Virus record (IMG/VR): IMGVR_UViG_3300032295_000488
Coordinates: 1-31,546 of that record
Reading direction: 5' to 3' (one strand)
Source of the DNA: a virus
Lineage: Duplodnaviria > Caudoviricetes
DNA length: 31,546 nt
Numbering within the stretch: position 1 is the stretch's first letter; each line of letters starts with the position of its first letter. The position numbers were made by a program, and so were the translations under genes. Below, in pieces: positions 24,257-31,546 of this stretch. The notes under the pieces are model-generated. The model saw nothing but the letters and a program-made list of their open reading frames with translations. It made no database searches and was not told the DNA's origin.

Positions 24257-26149
24257 TTATGCGCCGTCGTTGTTGTATGCGAACGAGACTGCGTTGCGAA
24301 GTGCAACGTCAATAGTCTGAAGCGCACGAACGCGAACAGTACCGCTGCTCGAAGCAGTGTATGGATCAACCAAAAGATCGAGTCCACCCCACATACCGAT
24401 GAGGCAGTCAGCAAAGTTACCGAAGTATACGTTACCAGCAGTTGCCTGTTGAGTACGAATTACGTTGTAACCGTTTGCTTCGCCGCCTTCGAGGACGAAC
24501 ATACCCGAACCAGCGTCCTTGGCTTTCGTCTTCAGACCGCCGTAAGTGGCTGCGTCCGTGATGTATGCCAAGTTGCCGAACAGAGCGTTGTCTTCTGCAA
24601 CAGCAGTTTCCATCGCGACCATTTCAGCAAAGGTTGGAACAGCAGCAGCAAACGAGGTTGGCTTGTTGACACCGGAGGTGTTCAAGATACCTGTTGGCTG
24701 ACCGGACGATCCCGAACCTTCCAATGCGCCCTTGTCGATTGCCAAGGCCAGAGCCTGTGTCAAATCGTCACGAACCAGTGCTTCGATGGCAGGAGTTGAT
24801 TGCAGGATCAACTGGCGGGTCATGTCGGTGAATGCACCAACGTTCTTTGGAGCCATCGACACCGTGCCGAAGGTTGGTTCAGATTCAGAGGCAGCGCCGC
24901 CTTCAGAACTGATCCAGCCGCCCGAAGAAGCAGCAGTCTTCTTAGGGATAGCTACGTTGCCAACAAGACCTGGGAGCATACGCGCACCAGCTTGCATAAC
25001 GGACGATGAGTTACGCAGAACGTCGATGAACTCGTTAGCAAGCAAGTTAGTTGCTACGATTTCGTTGTCATCGCTGGTGTTCAGGTCGCGCTTCCAGACG
25101 CCGAGAACGTCGGTTGGGAGCATAACGCCCTGTGCAGCGCGGCCATAACGCTGTGCAGCAGCTTCCGAGACTTCAAACTCGAATGCAGCGGCTTCGCGAA
25201 GGCGACGGTCAGTTGGGTTTGCGAGAGCAGCAATTGCACGAACAACCGAGAACTGACGGATTTCTTTTTTCGTCAGGCCGATGTTTTCGTTTGCAAGTGG
25301 CTTGTCCGAACCGATTACGTCAAGCAGTTCACCACGGAATTGCTCAATGCTCTTGCCCGAACGGAGGGCGGCATCGCCAAGGTCACGCTTGTTGTGACGG
25401 GCGGCGAGTTCGACGATTTCGGAGGCGTTACGGGCGGCAGCAGCATTTGCTTCGGCCCGAACCGCATCCAAGTTTACTTCGTTGTCCATTTTGGACTCCT
25501 TTTTGATGGATGGTTCAATGGTAGGTTTGGGTTCGAGAGCAGCCGCGCTACGACCCACGCCAACTGACGGGTCAGCAGGGATAGAAACGACAGATACCTC
25601 AAGGGGCGACCAAGAGCGAACAAGGTATTCGTCCTTATTCGTCGTGGATCGCTCCATTTTGTTGACGCGATAACCAACCGAGACATTCGACCGGATACCA
25701 TCGACAACGTCCTGAAAAACTTCCTGAGCAAGTGCCGAGCGCCCGAACCTGACTTTGGCTCGAAGAACACGGTCCCCAGAAAGTTCCACGGATTCAATAA
25801 CGCCAATCTGACGCTCTGGATCATGGTCCAGAAGCAGTGGCGCACGGCCCGAAGCGACAAAGCCCATATCAATGGCTCCGCTTTCATGGACCAGTATTTC
25901 CTTACCGAATGAGCGGTCAACCGCCAGTTCAGAAGACACAGCAATCTCAACAGTGCGCTTTTTTTCATCAACTGACTTAGCTGACATATCCATAGCGCGA
26001 TGCAGAAGTTCGACAGGGGCTTTGCGCTCTTCCTCAGAAGGCAATTCCTCTTCGTCAACAACTTCCTCGACCATTTCCACTTCAGGATGATCCTCAGTGT
26101 CGATTTCTATCTCGACTTTAATTGTGGCGCGTTCTTCAACTTCTGACAT
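24257..26149 (-). CDS. Prohead protease - major capsid protein fusion (HK97 fold)
   Basis: N-terminal PLLLDHD, VSVGYRV and EVSVVSIPAD protease motifs; C-terminal FIDVLRNSS..MQAGAR, LVRDDL..ALALAID..AL.GSG..GQPTGIL capsid motifs; GGAG RBS before ATG 26149. Confidence 0.93.
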   Translation of the reverse strand: MSEVEERATIKVEIEIDTEDHPEVEMVEEVVDEEELPSEEERKAPVELLHRAMDMSAKSVDEKKRTVEIAVSSELAVDRSFGKEILVHESGAIDMGFVASGRAPLLLDHDPERQIGVIESVELSGDRVLRAKVRFGRSALAQEVFQDVVDGIRSNVSVGYRVNKMERSTTNKDEYLVRSWSPLEVSVVSIPADPSVGVGRSAAALEPKPTIEPSIKKESKMDNEVNLDAVRAEANAAAARNASEIVELAARHNKRDLGDAALRSGKSIEQFRGELLDVIGSDKPLANENIGLTKKEIRQFSVVRAIAALANPTDRRLREAAAFEFEVSEAAAQRYGRAAQGVMLPTDVLGVWKRDLNTSDDNEIVATNLLANEFIDVLRNSSSVMQAGARMLPGLVGNVAIPKKTAASSGGWISSEGGAASESEPTFGTVSMAPKNVGAFTDMTRQLILQSTPAIEALVRDDLTQALALAIDKGALEGSGSSGQPTGILNTSGVNKPTSFAAAVPTFAEMVAMETAVAEDNALFGNLAYITDAATYGGLKTKAKDAGSGMFVLEGGEANGYNVIRTQQATAGNVYFGNFADCLIGMWGGLDLLVDPYTASSSGTVRVRALQTIDVALRNAVSFAYNNDGA

Positions 26150-26202
26150 AAATTGCTCCAAAAAGCGTTTCAGTGAAACAATAACACCTAATTAAGAAAG
26201 AA

Positions 26203-27681
26203 TCAAACAATCGGTTCTGGTTCATCTTGACCCTTGATTGCTTCATTCGCGCCAAACGGGAAGAATGCTAATTCAAGACCAAAAGCGTCAGCCATTTCCT
26301 TGTCGCGCTGCCACTGGCTAAATGTCTCTTCAACATCGCGGCCATACTGGCCAGCAACGTCCTGCATCGACATAACGCCATTGTGCATAGCGGTAACGGC
26401 TGCGTTAATTTCCTTCTGAGGATCGACCCACTGCCAACCACGGGGACGGAAACTTGAAGCGGATGAAAACTTGTCAAAGCGCGATACTGGAATTGGAATA
26501 AAACCAAACTCCATAACGTGCCTGAGCCAAGCATTGTATGCTGGGATGACAAAATGCTCCATCAGGAACTGCTGCATCATCTTGTAAGAGTCACGCTCTT
26601 CCAGCGCACCTTGACGGATCGAACTGTAGGATGTGCCTTCCAGATCGTTCGACAGCGCAGCATAGGATACGCCAAGGCCAGACGCGATACCGCGAATGAT
26701 GCCCTTCTGGAAATCACTGAATGCAGTCGCTGGATGCGATGGATCGAAAGGCTTGAAATCAACGCCATTGGGCAACTGATGGAAAGTGCCTGGTTCCGCA
26801 TCAATGATCGGGACAGTGTTGTCGTAATCGTCGGCTGGGGCATCTTCGCCATTGTCTGACGTAAAGAAGCCCATCTTTGATGCAGCCATACGCGATGCGA
26901 CCAACTCAGCCTCACGGTGAGCGTTCAACATCTTCAACTGGCTCATAGCAGGGGCCAACCAAGGTTCACCGCGTGTCTGACCAGCGCGAAGCGGATCGTA
27001 AACGTGAATGATATTCTTTGCATCAATGCGGTTAGACGAATTGATAGAAATGGACGAAAAATCAGAATCACCAGGGTGACGCTTCTTTACCCAATAGGCA
27101 ACAGGACGCTGGAACTCATCGACCTCAACGCCCATGCGGATTTCGCGTCCGTTGCGCAGCTTCTCGTTCTTCTGCTCATCGATCTGGTCAGATTCGATCG
27201 GGTGAAATGCAATGCCGTGAATAAACACACGGTTAGGCACGATCTGGATAATGGCCTCGCCATCACGCGCAGTCGCTTCTATCACATATTTCTGAAGGTC
27301 GATCCAGCTTAGGCGACCATCTGCCGTGCAGTTGCCTTTAAGGGCAAACTGAGCAAAGGAATCTTCAATAATTTGGTTGCCAATGGAATCCAGTGATCCG
27401 TTCGTGTTTCGCGCTTTAACTTGCAGGGTCATGCCCTTGTCACCGACCACGTTGGTCTTCAGCAAGTTCATAAAACGTTTAACGTAAACGTCATTACGCG
27501 CCAATTCACGCGAACGGTTACGCATCAGAACTAGGTCAGGCTTTAATTCACTATCAGGACTGCGGCTAGATGCCATAAAGTCGGCAAAGAGCCGACCAGT
27601 GTTCGCAGCGTGATAAGAACGCTTCGCTACTTTGTTCTGTACCTTTGGGGGCAAGCCCAATGCTTCACGCCACAAACTCAT
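26203..27681 (-). CDS. Lambda-family portal protein
   Basis: RNRSRELARND, GQTRGEPWLAP, YSSIRQGALE and PRGWQWVDPQKE motifs. Confidence 0.95.
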   Translation of the reverse strand: MSLWREALGLPPKVQNKVAKRSYHAANTGRLFADFMASSRSPDSELKPDLVLMRNRSRELARNDVYVKRFMNLLKTNVVGDKGMTLQVKARNTNGSLDSIGNQIIEDSFAQFALKGNCTADGRLSWIDLQKYVIEATARDGEAIIQIVPNRVFIHGIAFHPIESDQIDEQKNEKLRNGREIRMGVEVDEFQRPVAYWVKKRHPGDSDFSSISINSSNRIDAKNIIHVYDPLRAGQTRGEPWLAPAMSQLKMLNAHREAELVASRMAASKMGFFTSDNGEDAPADDYDNTVPIIDAEPGTFHQLPNGVDFKPFDPSHPATAFSDFQKGIIRGIASGLGVSYAALSNDLEGTSYSSIRQGALEERDSYKMMQQFLMEHFVIPAYNAWLRHVMEFGFIPIPVSRFDKFSSASSFRPRGWQWVDPQKEINAAVTAMHNGVMSMQDVAGQYGRDVEETFSQWQRDKEMADAFGLELAFFPFGANEAIKGQDEPEPIV

Positions 27682-28268
27682 AGGAAACGCACCTTCATCG
27701 TGGTCTTAGTCGGCTTTCCAAGAGCAATGGCGTTATCGCGCCGCTCCTTTGAAACTTCCTTGCGATAATAATCGCGCCACTGCAACAAGTCCACAATAGA
27801 CATTTTGGCAATAGAGCGACCCTGAATAGAGTAGGAAGACACATCCTTGTCAGCACGACCCTGCAACAAGGACTCAATCTTATTGAGCATAATTTCAGCA
27901 TGAGTTCGTGGATCAGCGCCGCTGCTGTCAAGGTCTTGAATAACCTCGAACTCACCGCGCTCAACGACAACGCGGTTTCCGCTGGATGTTTGGACAACTT
28001 CAAGCTGCCAGTGATAAAAGCCTGCGGTAAACGCAGCAGATGTTGCGCTACTGGCTGTAAACAAATAATAATCAGTTCTTTCTACGGCTGATATCTGTAT
28101 TTCAGCAGTAGTCCCAGCAGCTATCCGCGCAACATAGTTGGCCGAGTAAAGTGCAGGAGGATATGTCTCTGCAAGAGAAGTCTTTTTCCACTGAATGAAA
28201 TCGCCAACAACGATTTTGAGTGGTTCGCCCTCTGGTGCTTCGTTTTCGTCAAAAAGATTAGCCATCAT
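27678..28268 (-). CDS. Head completion/adaptor protein (gpW-like C-terminus with extra N-terminal beta domain)
   Basis: Between terminase and portal; IESLLQGR...SYSIQGRSI.K....L..WRDYYR gpW-like end. Confidence 0.78.
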   Translation of the reverse strand: MMANLFDENEAPEGEPLKIVVGDFIQWKKTSLAETYPPALYSANYVARIAAGTTAEIQISAVERTDYYLFTASSATSAAFTAGFYHWQLEVVQTSSGNRVVVERGEFEVIQDLDSSGADPRTHAEIMLNKIESLLQGRADKDVSSYSIQGRSIAKMSIVDLLQWRDYYRKEVSKERRDNAIALGKPTKTTMKVRFL

Positions 28269-28271
28269 CCC

Positions 28272-30128
28272 TCAGCGCCAGTTGTTAGCGAAACCGCCTC
28301 TACGAACAGGCTTTTTGCCAGCCGTTAAAGGATGGCGTTTATCAGCTTCTTCGACATTTGGCAATTTATGCTTTTCCATGTTAGCATAAAACTTACGGGC
28401 CACGCTATCCATATTTACATTTAGTATAGTAAGTGCCGCAATTGCGTACACTCGAACGTCCAAAGCCTCGTTTCTTGTTCTTGTTTTTACCCAGACACGC
28501 GACGGAAAACCCTTGTGATAGCGGATCATCTGCTTTTCAGCAGTCAACTGCTTAAAGTATTCGTCATCCCGCTTGGCAGGAAAGTGACAATAGCCTGGGC
28601 CAGCCTCATCCATCTTCAGGCGCGAGTAATGCACCTCTTTTGCCGTATCAACACCAATGGGATAGAGCGGGACCCTGCCGATGTTGTTCTTGGACGGACG
28701 CCCCACAATTGGCTTACCTTCACCACCAACACCCTTGATGGCAAACACCCTGTGTCCAGCCCTAGTCTTAGCATAGTTGTAAACAGCCCGTGTGTGGTGT
28801 CCGCCAGTATCGATACAGGTGGCACGGACAAGCATTGGCTCACCAGATGGATGCTCATAGGTCGCCAGCAAGACCTCATCGACCTTGTGCCATAGCTGTG
28901 TGGTGGACGGGTCGCCGTAAATTACATGGTAATCGATCTGCCAGCTTTCTTCGCCAGCACCCCAGCCCACAATCTCGACCTCAACGCGGTCATCCTGAAC
29001 GTCGGCCCCAGCCGTCAGCAGCACCACCTCATCAGGGATACCTTCGTAATCTTCCTTGCGCTGCGCAACAGAATAATCATCGACACCCTCGCCAGCATCT
29101 TCCCATGTCTCGCCAAGGAAGGTGTTTACAAAGGTTTTGAGCCGCATTGGGTTCTTTCGCGCCGCCAAAAACTCTTCGATGGCGTCAGATAGCACTGACC
29201 AAGGCGAGTAAAGTGCGTTCAAATGGAATCCAGCCACACCATTGAACGGCGCATTTGCCACCCATTCACCATTGCGAACAGCCCTGTGCCGATCCGTATC
29301 GGACCAAGTCACGCCACATTTATCGCAGTTATACTCACCAGTGCTGGGGTTATCATCGCGCCAAGTCACATTCGACCACGCCAAGACCTGTTTGTGGCCG
29401 CATTCATGGCATGGAACCATAAACTTGCGTTGGTCGCTTTCGTTATAGGCGGACTCAATCCGGCTTCCACCCTTGTTAGTAGGCGTGGATACTAGAATGA
29501 TCTTCCTGTTCCAAAATGTTGCGGCTCTTCGTTTGGCAAGAGATATTGGATCGCCCTCTTCACCAGCAGAAGGAGGGTATCGATCAACTTCATCGCAAAG
29601 AACAACACGAATCGGGCGAGAAGCAAGGGAACTAGGAGAGTTAGCACCAACAAGAGAGAGAGCGCCGCCAGGAAAAACCTTATGAAGAGTCGTATTGTTT
29701 GCATCTTTAGCCTTACTGTCTTTGACCTTGTCACGAAGGCAAGGAGTTGAACGGAGAAGACCAGCAGTTACGCGGTCCTTCGAGAACGACTGAGCCATAT
29801 CCACAGTTGGCTGCATCATCAGAATCGGTGCAGGATCATGGGCCATGTGGTAACCAATGGTGTTCAGCAGCATCTCAGACTTTCCAAGCTGCGCACCGCA
29901 CATCACCACAACCTCTTTGACCAGAGGATCAGAGCAAGCATCCATGATACCGCGCTGGTACTCAGCCCTTGATGTCACCCATCGACCAGGCTCAGAACTG
30001 CTCTGCGAATCCAGCCGCCGTTCATGGTCAGCCCACTGCGCCACACTCATGCGCGGAGGCGGTGTCATCTGCTTCATGGCCTTGGCCATTTGCTCCAGTG
30101 CGGATTCTCTGGTGGCTTGTTCGATCAT
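28272..30128 (-). CDS. terL: Terminase large subunit (lambda GpA family)
   Basis: Walker A GAQLGKSE, Walker B VVLCDEVD, STPT coupling motif, GADVQDDR nuclease motif, RNEALD. Confidence 0.97.
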   Translation of the reverse strand: MIEQATRESALEQMAKAMKQMTPPPRMSVAQWADHERRLDSQSSSEPGRWVTSRAEYQRGIMDACSDPLVKEVVVMCGAQLGKSEMLLNTIGYHMAHDPAPILMMQPTVDMAQSFSKDRVTAGLLRSTPCLRDKVKDSKAKDANNTTLHKVFPGGALSLVGANSPSSLASRPIRVVLCDEVDRYPPSAGEEGDPISLAKRRAATFWNRKIILVSTPTNKGGSRIESAYNESDQRKFMVPCHECGHKQVLAWSNVTWRDDNPSTGEYNCDKCGVTWSDTDRHRAVRNGEWVANAPFNGVAGFHLNALYSPWSVLSDAIEEFLAARKNPMRLKTFVNTFLGETWEDAGEGVDDYSVAQRKEDYEGIPDEVVLLTAGADVQDDRVEVEIVGWGAGEESWQIDYHVIYGDPSTTQLWHKVDEVLLATYEHPSGEPMLVRATCIDTGGHHTRAVYNYAKTRAGHRVFAIKGVGGEGKPIVGRPSKNNIGRVPLYPIGVDTAKEVHYSRLKMDEAGPGYCHFPAKRDDEYFKQLTAEKQMIRYHKGFPSRVWVKTRTRNEALDVRVYAIAALTILNVNMDSVARKFYANMEKHKLPNVEEADKRHPLTAGKKPVRRGGFANNWR

Positions 30129-30553
30129 ACGATTATCGTCCGGCCCTTCTTAGGGCGTCCAACCTTGCGCTTAGGCTGTTCGACCACCGCAGTTTCGGCT
30201 GGAGCCTCTTCTGACACCGATCCAGTGCTGACAGGATCAATGCTGGGCTGGTAGTTGGACAGTTCCGCCAGTGCTTCGCGGATCGCATTCTCTAAATGAT
30301 CCTTCGCTACCACAACATCTGTTTCCGTGGCTAAAATCGGAGCGACTTTAGTAGGCAGGGCCAAGAACTTGGCTTTACAGGCGTGAAGAACACTTTCCCA
30401 AGCCGCAACAACATCATTGGTCATACACAAAGTGCCGCGAATCTTGGCAAGTTCCAGTTCCGCGATTTCGGCTTCGGCGTTTACCTTGCGCGTCCTGGCT
30501 TCATCATAAGACGAGCCAATTATAACACCGCCAGTTGAGTTCTTTTTTTCCAT
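30125..30553 (-). CDS. terS: Terminase small subunit (Nu1-like)
   Basis: YDEARTRK..AEAEIAELELAKIRGTL...LALPTKVAP...IREALAELS; ATGA overlap with terL. Start placed at ATG 30553. Confidence 0.85.
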   Translation of the reverse strand: MEKKNSTGGVIIGSSYDEARTRKVNAEAEIAELELAKIRGTLCMTNDVVAAWESVLHACKAKFLALPTKVAPILATETDVVVAKDHLENAIREALAELSNYQPSIDPVSTGSVSEEAPAETAVVEQPKRKVGRPKKGRTIIV

Positions 30554-30577
30554 CAGGTCTGTAAATACCTCAAAAAT

Positions 30578-30607
30578 ATTATATTGGCAAATTGCCGAAA
30601 AACACAA
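30578..30607 (-). promoter_or_regulatory. Candidate late promoter upstream of terS with an inverted repeat in the spacer
   Basis: TTGTGT-18 nt-TATAAT; the spacer contains GGCAA-T-TTGCC (30586-30596). Confidence 0.5.
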
Positions 30608-30614
30608 AATCAAA

Positions 30615-31436
30615 TTAAATCAAATAAATGCGCTTGCTGGACTTAGTCATATTATCCTTTGCCCAAAGCGGTCTGAGGTTAGTAATTGCCCATGCACTTT
30701 TCAATTCATCTGGATTAGATAGATCAAAAGAAGAAATAGGTACAATGTGGTCAATATGAATTTCACCAAGGCGGAACTTTTCCCAATCCATTCCCTTGGT
30801 AAATTGCGCCTCAAGATGTGCCTTTAGTTGTTCAGTTGAATATCCTGCAAAATCTTCAAACTTTGCAGATGTACCACCCCTGTTAAGTGCGCCCCTTATT
30901 AAATCCCCCATTTTATAACCTTGCCTCTTCCGCCTCATGGCGGCGCGGAGCCTTTGTTTTATATTGAACTCGCTATCTAAAACATAGCGAAGCCTAAATT
31001 TCTCAGCGCCACTCAATCCAGGTGCATTCCAAGGTTTAGCCTTTAGGCTCTCAGCCCTGATTGCTTCTCTCTCCGCCTTGCGTTTCTGCTTTAACTCTTG
31101 TTTTTCTTGATCCGCATCTTTTTTGCGTTGCGCTCTAATTTCTGCACGTTGCCTGTGCGTCATTTCCACGCCTTCAAAAATAACTTTTTCTCTGGCACGA
31201 GCTTCCGCCCTACCACCAATACTTTCTCTGTGTTTTTTGACTGCTAAACGGTGCTTTTCGCGCCCTTCAGGCGTAGATCGTATTTTTTGCATAAATTCGC
31301 GGGATTTAATTTTTACGCATTCATTGCACCATGATCTAACCTTAACAGAACCGCCACTTTTTGCTCGACTTGGTCTAGACCGAAAGCAAGAAAGTGGTTG
31401 TATTTGGCTACATTGTGGGCATTTTTTACTTTCCAT
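30615..31436 (-). CDS. HNH endonuclease with N-terminal Zn finger (free-standing homing-type)
   Basis: CPQC...CNEC Zn finger, long basic helix, then LKAHLEAQFTKGMDW...HIDHIVP..SFDL...TNLRPLWAKDNMTKS. Confidence 0.88.
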   Translation of the reverse strand: MESKKCPQCSQIQPLSCFRSRPSRAKSGGSVKVRSWCNECVKIKSREFMQKIRSTPEGREKHRLAVKKHRESIGGRAEARAREKVIFEGVEMTHRQRAEIRAQRKKDADQEKQELKQKRKAEREAIRAESLKAKPWNAPGLSGAEKFRLRYVLDSEFNIKQRLRAAMRRKRQGYKMGDLIRGALNRGGTSAKFEDFAGYSTEQLKAHLEAQFTKGMDWEKFRLGEIHIDHIVPISSFDLSNPDELKSAWAITNLRPLWAKDNMTKSSKRIYLI

Positions 31437-31546
31437 AAGCCTGTCATAACCACCCGAAAAGCATAAAGCAAGCTATGGCACTTTTGTCAAAAAAGATCAG
31501 GTCTGGAAATTGCTGACTCTGCAAACGCTTTGCAGCCGCTATTACC

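Larger units (their letters stand above)
1..31546. mobile_element. Lambda-like long-tailed phage or prophage segment (early recombination genes, complete head-tail-fibre-lysis late region)
   Basis: Contiguous terminase-portal-capsid-tail-fibre-endolysin gene order on the minus strand, converging on an Erf/YqaJ/NinB/SSB operon. No host housekeeping genes, integrase or att site seen. Confidence 0.97.

Noticed and set aside
5021-31449. Many + strand ORFs (e.g. 5659-5955, 9150-9638, 13376-13816, 19218-19763, 24732-25148)
   Set aside because: They are antisense shadows of well-supported minus-strand genes, with no recognisable protein motifs.
1-31546. tRNA, rRNA, integrase, att sites or IS elements
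   Set aside because: None recognised. Intergenic gaps are very short, so temperate versus lytic lifestyle cannot be settled from this window.

Overview
The whole window is phage DNA from a lambda-like (GpA terminase) siphovirus or prophage. The host is very likely an alphaproteobacterium, inferred from a GapR/DUF2312 gene. Bases 1-3600 (+ strand) form an early recombination operon: Erf-type annealase, YqaJ exonuclease, DUF968/HNH-like protein, NinB, GapR, SSB and small ORFs. Two promoters in this region share a 14-bp palindrome. A bidirectional terminator at about 3610-3644 separates it from one long minus-strand late region. In transcription order this encodes: HNH endonuclease, small and large terminase, head completion protein, lambda-type portal, protease-capsid fusion (with an internal RBS), head-tail joining protein, two paralogous tail terminators, two paralogous tail tube proteins, G/GT chaperones (with a -1 frameshift signal), tape measure, tail tip genes, a chain of repeat-rich fibre genes ending in a Gly-rich adhesin, a cupin, and a lysis region with a GH19 endolysin. 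The most unusual element sits inside the lysis region. It is a tightly coupled run of exported and membrane proteins: an Asn/Thr-repeat secreted protein, a secreted NIDO-like protein with an acidic stalk, a membrane-anchored coiled coil, and a 2-TM holin-position protein carrying an EF-hand/dockerin-type Ca2+ loop. No recognisable spanins are present. All family assignments come from motif recognition by eye; no searches were run.
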